Origin: Gonapodya sp. JEL0774
Taxonomy: Eukaryota
Assembly: GCA_027604505.1 (NCBI GenBank)
Contig: JADIIX010000092.1
Coordinates: forward strand, 1 to 64,000
Reading direction: 5' to 3'
Length of the DNA: 64,000 bases
Shown here one piece after another: positions 28,055 to 41,994 of the stretch; position 1 is the stretch's first letter, and each line of letters starts with the position of its first letter. The notes under the pieces were generated by a model. That model had not been told where the DNA came from, searched no databases, and saw nothing but the letters and a program-made list of their open reading frames with translations. A program made the position numbers and the translations under genes.

Positions 28055-31022
28055 CTACGTTCCTTCGAACCCTCTTTCTTGTCGCCCTTGCCGTTCTACC
28101 TCATCCACTCTCTTCAAAACATTCTCAATCAAAACTACTTCAAGCTCCCTACCCTGAAAAAGAAACAAATAGAACATCTCAATATTATTTACCTCGGGTA
28201 TTCCTCGCACTCAGTTTATCTAAACTCACCGCATTTTCCAATCCAGCAGGGGATTCGCTTATCCCTCGCTTCATTTCGCCGACACGCTTGCTCAAGGGGT
28301 CCAAGTACCGGTACCGAATCTCGTCCAAGGAGGCCTCGTTCCAAACATGGGTCTATACAATTTGAAAGGCGTTTCATATCGCTGTTTCAGGCCCACCGCA
28401 CTTTATCCAGCGCACTTTCTCACCTTGTTCGCACGATCACGGATCAGGAGGTACAGGTAAACGTTGAGAACCTGCATGAGCAGACCGTGTTTTTCAAAGA
28501 AGGCTTCGTCGTCCGACATCACAGTGTAGGGTCCGGCAAACTTTTCCCCCCGTTTGAGAACTTTGGTGCCAGACATGGTGTACAAGGTGTCCTTAATGTT
28601 GAAGATGATGGGGAAGAAGGTTCTCTGGAGGACTGGGGATGCGAATATGGGAGACTGCAAGAGGAGGTCCATCCAGATTTTATTCTCGCCAATCATCAAG
28701 TACAAAAATCATGTTCAAAAAGGCGTGCCACTCACTTGTGATCTTCGACCAGCATGATCCGATATGATCTCTGCTCCCTCCAACGCGCTCACAATCTCTT
28801 GCTTCAACAGAGTGACCGCGGCGACGCCCATTCCGGTGAGGCCCAGCGTCGAAGCGCGCGGCGCGTCTGCCTCGTCCCGCTCAAAGCCACCCATTTTCAG
28901 CATTTCGGCGATCCACCGCATTCGACATTCCTCATCGAGCCAGGTGCTCGTGAGCGTACGGACAAGTTGGAAAGCCGAGGAGCGCACAAGAGGGAGCGCC
29001 GTGGTGATCATGAGACGCACGAGGGAGTAAAAGATGTGATAGGGGACGGTTGGTGCGGGGAAGTACTCATCCGCTGAGCTGAACGTGGCGGGGGAGATGG
29101 AGGAGCGGGGTACGAACGGCGCGATTCGCGAGAGGAGGGCGATGGCGTGTAAACCAGCATGAGCAGCCTGGTCGCTGCACCTATATGAAAAAAGAACGGG
29201 ATTGCAAGATGCGGCTTTTTGCACTTTTGTAACGACACACGGGTATCGTGCGAAACTCACCCAGCCTCCATCAGGGCAACCGCACAACCGATCAGTCTCG
29301 CGAACAGGTACCTCTTGTTCGCCAATTTCGGGACCACGAGCGACGATAAAAACGGAGATGACGATGCAGTTCGACTTTTGCGTCGTGTTCGTTCTTCAGA
29401 TTCCATCACCAGTCCGACGAACACTCCCACGGCGGTGGTTGCGGGGTACAGCTGAGCAAACTTGGCGCCGATTGAGTCTTCAAAATATACACAAAGAAAG
29501 CCGTGATATTCGTCGTCCGTCGAAGAATTCTTGTGATGAAAAGTCGCGAGCAAACAAAAATTGACACACCATCAATGTCCTCTCGCTTGTTGTCCAAATC
29601 TGAGGTCGGAAGAGAAACCCCTCCTCTGTGGGCTTCCACCTCCTCGTGAAACCTCAACACAGCCATGACCTCCAACTGCGCCTCCCGCGCCAGAGTCTTG
29701 TTGGATCGAAAGTGCGATTGCGAGTATTGCAATGAGTTCCCGTGTGATGAGAACCAACTGAAGTGCCCCACTTGGCCCTGCCCGACTCAGCTCACCAACA
29801 ATCTTTCGACGAGGGTCCACCAGTCTGGGTGGGGTGATACCGATGGAGGTTGAGTGAATCCGTTGGCCGGTCGGGGAGCGCGAAGATGACGGGTGGAGGT
29901 GTTCAACGTGGCGGCGAAGTCGAGGTCAAGGTCGAGGTACGAAAGAGTGTCGACCGTTTGGAAAAATATGTAAGAGAGCAGCACGTGGGTGCGGTTTGGG
30001 TCGGTGGTCACGTCGGGGGGATGGCGAAGTGAAATCTGAACGGTGGAGGGCCAGGCGGGGTGACTGCACGTTGGACTATGTTCGGTAGCTACCGCAAGCT
30101 GAGCTTGCGCCCACTAACTGTCAGATTTGTCTTGATTAGGTTCCAGAGGCATTCGAGATAGGAAGCGATGAGCGTGAATATTTCGTACGCGTCGTTGATG
30201 CTGGGCACATGCTCTGCATCATCTGGTGCAGCGTTCTCCCCATCAGCTGAGTCTTCATTGTTTCCCGCTTCCGTCGCAGTGAATTCAATTCGGGGTACCC
30301 TGAAACAGCACGGGCCTGGTTGTTGAAAAGTAGATTCGGGAAATTCCAGAACCCCACGCCTCACACTTGACTTGTCTTGTTGTCATCGGTGACAAGTCGG
30401 CCAAGTATGCTTTTGATTATCGAAATACCCTTGCCGATTCCTGGTAGGGTTTCCATGGCGAAGTTGGAGAGTTTCGCAGTTCTTATTCTGGGAAGGACTG
30501 ACGGACAGATTTCGTGCTCCGAGCTGCCCTCTCTGTGATCCGATGTACAATAAACTTCATCTCACCTCTCACAACCATGCCAGCAATCATAATCCATTCC
30601 CGGGGTGCAGTTGTTGCATCAAGTTCCACAAGGTCCCATCGCTCCACACAGCCCATCATGACTTCCCTGGCGTTTCCCTTGCTCGCCATGACGTCTTGCA
30701 AAAACTTTACGGCAATATCTCGGGTAAGGGTGTGGATGGATGACAACGCCAATGGCACGACCAAATGCACGAGGTCCAGAAACGGAAGAGAACTCAGGGG
30801 TTCTGGAAGTGGAGATGATTCTCCAACAGAGGAAAATTCGTCCACGAGAGATTGGAGGAGGGAAATCTGATTCTCTCTTTGAGATCTTGAAAGAGGAACC
30901 TCCGATATCAGGACGGACTCCAGATATCGCAATGTTGTTGATACATCCAGTGTATCCGCAGAGAGCAGCATGCGAAGAGTCAAGGAAGGCAACCTGGGTT
31001 TGTCGGACATCTGTGTGTCCAT
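28055..31022 (-). CDS. Glomulin/ALF4/Ybp1-family helical repeat protein; multi-exon
   Basis: N-terminal KGNAREVMMGCVE; C-terminal MGVAAVTLLKQEI, SPIFASP and LMQVLNVYLYLLIRDRAN-THVW, typical of the family. Confidence 0.65.
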
Positions 31023-31329
31023 CGGTGAAGCCGTGAGACATCTTGAACGGCTTGGTCCGTGCCGAATGATTCTCCCCAGCACATAGACAATATGTAATCT
31101 GGGAATGCTGTTTCTCATGAATTTTAAGAGATTGATAAATTCGTCGAAAAGAAGGGTATGCATATGCTTTGAGAAGAATAGTGGGGAATCCGTCCATACA
31201 CAAGAGGACATATCAAACAATATCCAAAATCACTACAAATGCAGCTCTCATGAGAGAAAACAAAGTTCAGATAACTATGTAAAGCTGCACACAAAATGCG
31301 AAACCACCGCGACGACCTGTCCAATTCAG

Positions 31330-32319
31330 TCATTTCTTTTTCTTTGACCAACGAGGAGGAGGAGGCTCAGTTGTATCCACGACTTCCAGGTGCCGAATAA
31401 TTACATCACCACCAGCAACGTCAAAAACCGCGCTGAGCCTGGCAGCTACCATTCTGATACATTCGAATGCGTCTTTTGGCAAAGTCGCATCAAGTGCTGT
31501 TTTGACTTCGGACTTTTTCTCTGATGGTGGTTTTCCAGAAAGAACTGCAAAATTGGCACGGTTTCCGGTCCCGGCATTCTTCTCGAACCATGTAGGATCC
31601 TCGACAGTGTACGCCTGGAACTCGTCAACGAAATTCCGGGAATGGTACCCCCACTCCCGAAAACGTTTTTCTACCATGGACCGCAGCTGCTTCCCGGCGG
31701 TACCGAAACGGATTCGCTCACCACCACTGGTAACTGCTTGGTCAGAGGCTAGAGAGTCCCACAGCTCGACCACGGCGTCCCGATACCCCGTACACAGGTA
31801 AAACAACGCATGAGCTAGCTCGTGGCGAAAGGTAGAGCCATCGCCCCGTGTAAAGGCGACAAGATAACGGAGTGACGGATCGGGATTCTTCACATGGTCA
31901 CTGAAGGCTGCCATCAGGGAGCGTTCAGAGGGGGAAGGGGTAAAATATGACGGAGTGGAGAAGGTAGCTCTGTTGGCTCCCATGTTTGCCGAGTGCGAGT
32001 CCGTTCGAACTTCAAGGAATACGCCCTCGTCAACTGCTGCACATTTCCTCGTTCTCAAATTCCACCAGTTGAGAAGCACCTCCATCGGAAAGTTGATCCC
32101 TACAAATGTACTCCGAACTTTGTCCACCGAAACAGTCTGCTCGTACTCGCTGGCTGGCCGAGCGAGGGCGGTTGTCATTGACTCTCTGTTGTCAAAGGAA
32201 ACAATCGCCAAGTTTGGTGAGTGGTGAGCACAAGGGTTTGCGGTGGACGCATCGAGAGTGTTTGAAACGCGGGCGTAGGCTATTCGGAATGATTTGGGGT
32301 GCCCGAGTCCAATTTTCAT
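31330..32319 (-). CDS. Uncharacterised HExxH zinc-metallopeptidase-like protein, single long exon
   Basis: Uninterrupted ORF with VGINFP, TFRHELAHALFY and downstream WGYHSRNFVDEFQAY (probable third zinc-ligand Glu). Confidence 0.65.
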   Translation of the reverse strand: MKIGLGHPKSFRIAYARVSNTLDASTANPCAHHSPNLAIVSFDNRESMTTALARPASEYEQTVSVDKVRSTFVGINFPMEVLLNWWNLRTRKCAAVDEGVFLEVRTDSHSANMGANRATFSTPSYFTPSPSERSLMAAFSDHVKNPDPSLRYLVAFTRGDGSTFRHELAHALFYLCTGYRDAVVELWDSLASDQAVTSGGERIRFGTAGKQLRSMVEKRFREWGYHSRNFVDEFQAYTVEDPTWFEKNAGTGNRANFAVLSGKPPSEKKSEVKTALDATLPKDAFECIRMVAARLSAVFDVAGGDVIIRHLEVVDTTEPPPPRWSKKKK

Positions 32320-32424
32320 GGGGGTTTCTTTTGGTGGTTGAAGGAACAGGTTCAATAACACGTCATACAAGACCCCTGGCACTCGTGATCAAGATAAAAT
32401 TCTGGACGTGGGGGTTCACACATA

Positions 32425-35250
32425 ATGGCCACCCTTCCGATTGTTCTCGCGCGGGGAAACTCACTGACGGGTCATGCATTACTGATTCAATCGGGAACAG
32501 GGACATTGATGGGATGCCGGTTGGCTCATTTTCCGCACATTCCCGTTCTTGGACACTTTAGCTCACAACGAAAGGAACGCCAGTGGCGAAATTGTGACGG
32601 ACATTCTCCGCAATCGTATTTGCTATTTAGTTGGAGGTCTTTCTCATCGAGTTCGAGTTCGAGGGACGGACCAAACACCCCACACTCTGATTCCAGCTTC
32701 ACCTCATCACCCAGAACAACTGGACCTGTGCCACAACCAACAACCCCCCGCGCATTTAGTTTTCCTTGGACGAGACGACACTCTCCAGGGGGAAAGAAAA
32801 CTGTCAACCCTCCAGATTCGGGAATCAATATCCGCAATGCGAAGTCACTCCCCAATACAACGGAATCCGATAACCCACCCCAAAACACCGGGAACCCGTC
32901 TACTTCTTCTCCATCGCGACCAAATCGCACCGTAGTTCCTCGGAGGTTCCCCTCAGCATCTCGGAACGCTGCACCTAAACCAGCCACTGAAACTGAGAAC
33001 GGTTCGGTACGATTTGTAAAGCCCAGTGGATTTGAGAGAGTGGATAAAGAGACGTGTGAGATGTCGTGTGAGTGGAATCCATGTTGGGGTGAGATGTACA
33101 TGCGAGTATCCCTCATGGTCTTGCTCATTTAGACGCGGAGAAGCCCAACTTTGAGAATATCCCCCGCCTCTCCATGGGACTTGAGCGTGCTCTGTTCAAG
33201 TAAGCACCCATCTCTTTGTTCGTATCTCGGTGTTGATCAGCAATTCGTCACCTTTGTTCCAGCCGTGGTGTCATGGTTCTCCAGGACCCCCGCACTGGCG
33301 TCTTTAATTTTGATCCTGCACTGAAGCGGATCCCCCGCCCAGAAGAGTTTGATTTTTCCCTTTTATCTCCATTTGTTCCACCTTCTCAAGACAAAGTGAG
33401 AAAGTCTGCTTCAAATGATCTACTGTGACTCTGTGTACTGTACCACCGGATTCCAACATCCCCATTCGCGCACCAGACCCTCCAAGATCACGCCAAAAAT
33501 GTCGGTGCCCGATATACCGCATCAACCTCTTCTGCGGGCTCTTTACTCGCGCAATTTCTTATGACGGTCACTGACCACCGCGAGGTCGATACATCTGGAA
33601 TGTCGATGGCGTTTCTTGGAGAAGTGAGATCAATTATTGATGTCGCTTTGGTGCCGAGGTGAACGAGGTGAATGCTGTCTCCTAATTGGACTTTTAGAGT
33701 CGAAGACACTCTCGTATCATACGCCTTCCTTGTTCTGCATTGCTCCACTGGCTCCCGGAGCAAGGAGGTTATGCTCTGGATGCGGAGAAGCCGGCCGACG
33801 AAGAAGCGCGCGAGACTGTGTTAAGTAAGCTGGTGAGGAAGGCAATGCGAAGATGGATTGAAGAGGTTTCGCGTGCAATGTGCATTCCGTCCATTTCCTT
33901 AGGGCAAAGTCCTGGAGAAGAAATTGACTCTTAAACCAGAGGCCTTTGAGAGATACCTCCTGAATGCGTCCGGTGCGAAGCCGCAACCCGAGATTGACTC
34001 ATTCCACTATGGAAAGGTTGGACCTTTTGGAGACATACCTCATATGATAAATTTGGCTCTTACTTCCTTCCGTCTTCATAACCTCCAGTTTGGAAACTTT
34101 CTACTACGGTCTCAACTTGACTGCGTTCACCCTTCTGTATGTATCATCCCCTCCATCAAATTTAATCGAGAACCTAATGATGCAAGTAAAAATAGCTTCC
34201 CAAGCTCACATTCGACCTTAAAACTCGCGCCACGCAAATCATCCGCATGGACCCGCATAACTACCACGACAAACTCGGGTACAAACTTCACGAACAGCGA
34301 GGCGCATATCAATCGTATGAACGGGAGTTCTACGACATGCTTCGGAGTGCAGCACTGAAGTGGAGCCTTCAGGCTAGAATTGGATGTATGGATGGGGTCT
34401 TTGTGGTTGGTATTGGTGTTTGCGATTTGGCTACCGGAGACAGAGCATCCAATTACGTGATCGCGCATAGTGTCACCACAACACGGATCAAATGTTTGGG
34501 TTCCAGTACCTTCCTCTTGAAACCATGGACGATCTTCTTTTTGGAGGCAGCGAGATTGCCGAGCAAGCCTTCCATGCAAGTCTCAGAATGCTTGAGCTGA
34601 TTCTTGAGAAGGCCACTACCCAGTTCCCACAACAGGTTTGTCCTAAATTTCCGCGTTAAATATGAAGCTTGAGATTGGTGCTCATTGGGTGTCATGGCTC
34701 CGTTCTTCTTTGTGACCACGACTACAGTCTCTTCGCCTGACCTTGAAAACGCAGAAAAAAGTGTTTCCAAATCCACAATTTCTAAGCGTCTACGTGCAGC
34801 CGGTCGTCAAAGGTCAACTTGACGATCCAGACACACTCCAGCAACCCGTGGTGAAGTATCGTCTTGAATGCTACTCAACAATTAATGGAGAACGAACGCT
34901 CCGCAGAGTAAGCTCCGGTGGTTCCGTAGCCTGTCGCTTCGAGGTCTACTGGAAGGTTGCAGATGTTACTGCTCGGGCAAATGCCGCTGATTTGTGGAGA
35001 GAATATGAGTCCGTGCGGAAGGATTGCTCGAACCTAAAAGATGATATTCTGTCAGAGGCCGAACTGAAGAGAAAGGAGAATTTCATGAGCCTACTAAGAA
35101 AACGGTGAGTGGATGTAGGAAGAATTGAATATCAACTCTAGCCATTTATTGTCGTTGATTGTCTCTGACCGCAATGAACTTGCGCGCAGCCATGTGTGGG
35201 AGGAGGATTCTCCAGAGGAGACATTGCGCACAAAGTTGTTCTCGCAATAA
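32425..35250 (+). CDS. Hypothetical multi-exon protein; possible mitochondrial presequence, weak RNase III/dsRBD-like hints
   Basis: Chain of spliceable exons ending ...MSLLRKR/HVWEEDSPEETLRTKLFSQ*. MAFLGE loosely resembles the RNase III LEFLGD motif. Confidence 0.5.
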
Positions 35251-35994
35251 ACATATATATCATGGACCTTCGTCCTTGTAACCTGGGACGTGCAACCTAA
35301 CGCAGTTTTGTCCATCGATGACGCCCATTTGAAAGGCACAGCGATTTCTTTGAGGAAAGAAGCCGCCAAGAGAACAAAAGAAGCGCCAAACATTTTGCAC
35401 TGGCGTACTTTGTATGGGTTCCCCATATTTTTCTCGCACGGAGGTTGTATGACTGAATGGCTTACAGGGTTCACGGGGTTTACAGTCCTTCATAATGGAA
35501 GGAAGAGATTGCCTCGTTGGTCCAATAAACAAAAGGAAGACGAACTCTCGGGGGTCCCTGAATTGTGGCGCAGGGGGTCTTCAAAGGAGAAAAAGCAGTT
35601 TGGCCACATTGTTGGCGCAATAGAAATTTAGAGCCACGTTAGACGGCTAGAGTCATAGGTAAGTTCGCGCAATCACGCTATCACCATCATGGGGATGCTT
35701 GGAGAGTTATGGGTCTCTGGCTCCGTCTCGTCCCTCCACTCCCTCCCCACGTGACGCCGAGCCATGAGCTTTTCTTTGTCGTTGCCCCGGATGCACAAAC
35801 AGGAGAGCGAGGAATAAGAGGCGCATTCTACCAGAATATCCCTCAATGTAAATTTGGGCCGTTTCGCTTGTGGTTGACTGATTGGCGTCTTTGTTGTTTT
35901 CCTTTCATCAATCGATCAATGTCAACCAGAGTTGGCGCAATAGTTGAAAAAGCACTCCATTCAGTCTTTCCTCCCTCTTTTCGACACTCCATCC

Positions 35995-38900
35995 ATGCCT
36001 CCTAAGAAGAACAACGCACGCGGAAGCAATAGCCTTCTCAAGGACACAGTAACCAAGGAGGCGGGTCTCCAACCCCGTTCGGAGACGCCCGACACACTCC
36101 GCGAGGGCTCTGTGACTGCATCCTTCGTGTCTGACTCCGACTCCGCAACTTCTGGTGGACCCGTAGATGAGAAATCTCTCGCCCTCGCGGAACTGATCAC
36201 CACACTTACCACGAATGCCGCCGCAGAAAAACGCCTGCAAGCTGCGACCGACATTGCAAAGTTTGTGGAAACAGAGGGTGTTGCCCAGATGGTCAAGACC
36301 AGAATCCTCCACGGTATCGCAACTGGACTCCACAACACTAAGCAACCGGTTGCTCGCGAGGGTGCCATTACTGCCATCGAGACTTTGCTCAAGAGCTCTT
36401 TCGGCAAGCAGGTTGAGCCATACATGATTACCTTCGTTCCAGTCTTACTCGAGAGGTTGGCTGACAAAGTAGGTAGCAAGTGTGGACAGCAGCATATGTA
36501 GTCCTCTCAACATCGTCTTATCTTTGTGGGATGGGATGAATTGGCAGGCCAAGACTGTTTGCGTCGCCGCGGACTCAGCTCTCAAGACTTTGGTCCGAAG
36601 CTTAGCACCGTACGCAACCAAACAAGTGAGTTGGTTTCCAATTTCTGTCATTTTTTGACTCTCCCATCTCACCCACTCCCTCGCTCGATCATTCCCATAA
36701 TAGATCCTCCCCCTCCTCTTAGCCGGTATCGAGTATAGTCAAAAGTGGCAAACCAAGGTCGGAGCCTTGGAACTATTGCAGATCCTCTCCACAACCGCCC
36801 CTCGTCAAATGACAACAGCGGTTCCCGACCTTATCTCCCCGCTCTCTGAGGTGATGCACGACACGAAGGCCGAAGCTAAGAACGCTGGTCGCGCCACCAT
36901 GGAGGCCGTTTGCCAATTAATCAACAACAAGGATATTGAGAAGTTCATTCCTGCTCTGATCGTAAGTGATATTCAGATGGCTCATGGTGGAAGTCGCGCC
37001 CATGCCAGATGTTCCAATGTAGGACACCATCGCCAACCCCGAGAAAGTCCCCGACACTGTCCACCTCCTCGGTTCGACCACCTTCGTCTCCGAAGTGCTT
37101 CCTCCCACACTCGCCATTATGGTACCCCTCCTCTCGCGAGGTCTTAACGAAAGACAGACTGCCATTAAACGCAAGGCCGCGGTTATTATCATCAACATGT
37201 GTAAGCTGGTTGAAAAGCCCTCCATCATCGCCCCGTTCCTGCCTCGCCTGCTCCCCACTTTGGAGAAGATTCAGGACGATGTCGCCGACCCGGAATGTCG
37301 TCAAATGTGCCAGAATGCCACCAAGATTCTCACCAAGGTCGGTATTCCCGCGCCAGGAACAGTCATGGACGATGGCTACGAGTTCAAGAAGCTCGATGAG
37401 AAGGTGTGTTGTCTCTTGGTTTTGTCCGTATTATCTCAACATGCCGCTTACTTTGCTGTATTGGGAATCCAGGCTCTTGCCTACCTGAAGAAGGCCATTG
37501 GCCACCAGCACATCAGTCAAATCCCGGAGGCTTACCGCCCTGTTCTCGAGTACCTCGAGCACATGGCCGCTGCGATGGTCTCCGATGGTAACATGGACAA
37601 CGAGGACTGGCACAGCTCGATTGTGCCAACCCTTAAGGCGTTCATTCCCGCTGAAGAAGTTGTTCTCAGCGTTGTGAAGGAGTTCCGTGAGCTTTCGTTC
37701 GGATCCAACGTGAAGGAGGTTGTCGTCGAAGAGGAGGAGGATGACGCTGAGGAGCTTTGCAACTGCGAGTTCTCTCTCGCTTACGGTGCGCGTGTTCTCT
37801 TGAACCGCACACACATGATTCTCAAGAGGGGTCACCGTTACGGTCTCACTGGTGCCAAGTGAGCTGCTTTTGAAGAGAAGCATATGCAATGCAGAGTCTA
37901 ACGTAACTGTCTTCAACAGCGGTTCCGGAAAGTCAACTCTCATGCGTGCCATCGCCAACGGACAGGTTGAAGGTTTCCCCCCCGCCGACGTGCTCAAGAC
38001 AGTAGCCGTTGAGCACGATTTGGACGGTGCTCACGAGCACGATGACAAGGAAGTCAACAACTTCGTCCTCGAGGACCCAGTTTACGCACACCTCCCTAAA
38101 GAAACTATTATCAACATGCTCGAAACTGTCGGTTTCAAAGGTCCTATGGCGACGAGGCCTGTCGGTCAGCTTTCCGGTGGTTGGAGGATGAAGTTGGCTC
38201 TTGCGCGAGCTATGCTTCACAACGCCGACATGTGAGTCCTCCAGGTTTTTCGGGTGCCCTGGTGCTCCGCCGCTCATTCAGGGTCTTGTTAGCTTGCTCC
38301 TGGACGAACCCACGAATCACTTGGACGTCATCAATGTCGCTTGGCTCGAGCAGTACCTGATCAGCCTCAAGCATGTCACTTGCATCATTGTATCACACGA
38401 CTCTAGCTTCTTGGACAATGTCTGCACGGACATTATCCACCTCGACAACTTCAAGCTCAAACGTTACCGAGGAAACCTGTCCAAGTTTGTCGAGGCTGTC
38501 CCTGAGGCGAAGGCCTACTACGAGCTCGGAGCCGCCCAACAGTCTTTCCGATTCCCGGAGCCTGGCATGCTGGAGGGTGTGAAGACTAAGGAGAGGGCCA
38601 TTCTGAAGGTTCAGAACGCTGTGTTCCAGTACCCAGGAACTGACAAGCGACAGTTGAACGGCGTCACTTTCCAATGTTCTCTTGGCTCGCGTGTCGCGGT
38701 CGTTGGACCCAAGTGAGTGTTGCGCGGCTGTAGCCCTCGCTCGATTTGACTACACATTATTGACATAAACGGTTCGCAGCGGTGCCGGCAAATCGACCCT
38801 CATCAAGCTGATGTGTGGTGTTATTGAGGCCGACAGTGGTGTAGTCTGGCGCCACCCGAACTTACGAATTGCCTACGTCGCTCAGCACGCGTTCGAGCAC

Positions 38901-40448
38901 ATTGAAAAGCACACCAACCTGACCCCTAACCAGTACATTCAATGGCGTTACCAGACTGGCGAGGATCGTGAGGAGATGGAGAAGGCTGCGCACCAGATCT
39001 CTGCAGAGGAGGCTGCAACGATGTCTAAGATCCAGGTTATCTCCGGTGAGAAGAAGGTTGTTGATCAAGTCATCGGCAGGTTAGTTCGGTGGAGCGTTCG
39101 AATTCAAATTAGTAACCAAAGCATTGATACGATTTATCTTTAAGGCGAAAACTCAAAAACTCTTACGAGTACGAGGTTTCTTGGGTCGGCAAGCTGGCAA
39201 ACGAGAACTCCTGGTTCCCCCGGGACACCCTTATTGAGATGGGTGAGTGGACGCATGTCTTGAGTTTTTTAGTTCCAGATTATCATTGTATTTCCTCCAG
39301 GTTTCTTGAAGAAGGTTCAGGAAATCGACCAAGCCGAAGCTGCCCGGCAGGGTATGACTCGGTGAGTGGATTGCCTTGTTCTCGGCACTTTGATAAAGTT
39401 GTCAAAACCATCCTTTCCCAGTCCCCTTACCCAGAAAGAAATCGAAAAGCACCTTTCTGATGTCGGTATCGACTCTGAGATCGGTACCCACTCCCACATC
39501 AAGGGTCTGTCCGGCGGACAGAAGGTCAAAGTCGTCATTGCCGGTGCCATGTGGCAACGCCCCCATCTTCTCGTCTTGGACGAACCGTGAGTAGCGAGCG
39601 TCCCTGTTAGTTTCATATCTTGAACTATGACTGATGATTTCTTGCGATGAATGCATTGCGTCAAATGGTTCTTGATAGTACCGTGAGTTGTGTTTGGCGT
39701 CACCGTCTTCACCAAATCAATGCACTCAATCCACTCTCAATATCATGAAATTTCCTGTCGGCTCATGCTTCCTACCTGATGTTACTGGGTTTCTGCATCG
39801 TTTGTGATCTGGCACTCTTAAACATAGAACTTCTTGGATCGTGACAGTTTGGGTGCTCTCAAGACCGCCATCGATGCCTATGGTGGTGGTGTTATCATGG
39901 TGCGTGCACATGCTAGCCCCGCTGTCTGATTAGATCGCTCACGGGACGTTCAATTTCTTTTCTATAGGTTACACACTCTAGTACGTGAAACTTGATATCT
40001 TATCCTGCCTACACCGACTAACATCCCTCTTCCATCGCACTGTCTCAGGGGAGTTCTCGGAAGCCATTTGCAAGGAAGTGTGGAAGGTCGACAACGGAGA
40101 GCTCCTCCCCACCGGTCACAACTGGGTGAGCGGTCAAGGCGCTGGTCCCAGGCTCGATGATAAAGCGAAGGACGAGGAGGTGTTCGATGGTTTGTCCGCT
40201 GTATACAAGCATTGTGTTGTTTCCGTGGGCCTCATTGTCATTGTTACTTGGTTTGCAGCCTTCGGCAACAAGATTGACGTCGCCAAGCAGAAGGCCAAAC
40301 TGTCCGGTAAGGACTTGCGGAAAAAGCGCAAGGAGCGCGAGCTGCGTCGGAAGGTTAGTCGTTAACATGCAATTGTGTAATTCTGGAGTTTCTAATCGTT
40401 TATTCTCCTTCTCAGCGCGGCGAGGACGTCTCTGACGACGACGAGTAA
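35995..40448 (+). CDS. YEF3: Fungal translation elongation factor 3 (eEF3); multi-exon
   Basis: HEAT region ([27 protein letters not shown]), [12 protein letters not shown], two ABC cassettes ([21 protein letters not shown] and GAGKSTL/LSGGQK/LDEPTNFLD), chromodomain insert and a basic tail. Confidence 0.97.
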
Positions 40449-40797
40449 ATCACGGCCGACCAATGAATCCCCTCTTCTCATTCCGCGCTGGCCGTCTTTG
40501 TTGCATAGATTTGGACTAGATTTGTACTTCCTTCTGTTTGAGAATACAGCACTTATTTCTTGTTGAAAATATCTGAAGTCCCAATCAAAAATTATGTGGT
40601 GGCTACCTGCAAGAACAAGATGTGAGGGGCGTGGTGACTGCCCCGGTAACTGCTGGCACCATTCCATACCGCGTTCCCACGTTTTCCCGAGTCGCTGACT
40701 CTGTCACGCCCACAATCAGTCGCCCTGACTTTTTGAGATTCGGAAAACATCTCCTAGCGAAGACCTCAAAGATCATACCGGTTTCACTTTGAGAGGG

Positions 40798-41817
40798 ATG
40801 GCATCCCCTGCTCCACCAAGGCCAGCGCCGCATACACCTTCCCCTAGGCCCGACGGATCATCTCGTCGAGGTGGGGCATCTGGGAATGCCTGGGCCAGTG
40901 GTGCGCCGAGAGATTCCACTCGCGGATCGGCTCCACCGGCCAGAGACAGACCACCGCCTGGACCGGCTTCTGCCAACGCTTCAGGTCCAAAGTCTTCCGG
41001 CATGCCTTCTCCATCATCTCACAATCCTTCATGGGGTGGTCAAAGTGGCTGGGGTGTACCCCCCCGTGAGCGTAGGGATGACAGTGGTGAACGACCACAT
41101 GGACATTCAAGTGGCAGTGGTTCCAACCAACAACAATGGTCTGGGCGGTCGCAACAGTGGGCAGATAAAAGCGGTTCGGGTCAGGGGTCGCAACTGGTCA
41201 GGAGAACTTCGTCTAGTTTGACTAGTGCGAGTGGATCACCTGGTCACTTTGATTCGAAGGCAGCCCAGATTTTTCTTAGTTCATGTGAGTTATCAAAGTC
41301 CAGCACCGAATGTGAAGAAACCCTGCCTTCCCATTTAATTTACGTTTTTTGATAAAGCGTTTGGTGAAGTTTGGGATCGGGCCCACAATCTGGAAGTTCG
41401 TGAGGATGGTGAGCGTCCTTTCCCGTATTTAGCGAAATCGATTATTTGAACGAACTGATGCGCTGTTTGCTCATGGATTCCATGGCTTCCCCCTTTCGAC
41501 TTGCTCACGACTGGTGAATCACACAAAGACAAACCGACTGTCTTCCACCCTGTCGTAGCGCCTATCCCCATGCATAAAGGTCCCATGAATTGGGATAAAT
41601 GTGAGTGACTGACTCGCAATTCGTCTTATTTCAACAACCTTTTCTATACAACCCGTCGAACCATCCTGTAGCTGATCTGTTTGTCACCGCGGGCGGCATC
41701 TCTGTATCCGAAGCTCTCCGAAAGGTCGCCAAGACGTACGAAATACAGGGTAAATCTGTTGACGCTCCACGTAAAGACACAAACGGGGCACCGGCAGTCG
41801 CCGGAAGCAGTAAATGA
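40798..41817 (+). CDS. Small hypothetical low-complexity protein; multi-exon
   Basis: Gly/Ser/Pro-rich first exon, GTGAG donors at ~41285, ~41409 and ~41601, and a last exon GGISVSEALRKVAK...SSK*. Confidence 0.55.
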
Positions 41818-41994
41818 ATGCTCATCGGTTTTCATTGGGGTGGTTCTCCAGGCGCGTGTATATGCGATGTACATAAATAAACGCCACCCGTTATTCCCGT
41901 AATAAATAAGAAGTGGTGCTTTGTACGATATCCACCATGCATTCCAGTCATGAGTAATCACAGACACAATAATCAAAAATATTGGAAGTAAGCT

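Noticed and set aside
39630..39780. C/D box snoRNA (TGATGA ... CTGA) in eEF3 introns
   Set aside because: The boxes lie in different introns on either side of the 4-nt microexon, with no terminal stem or recognisable rRNA guide.
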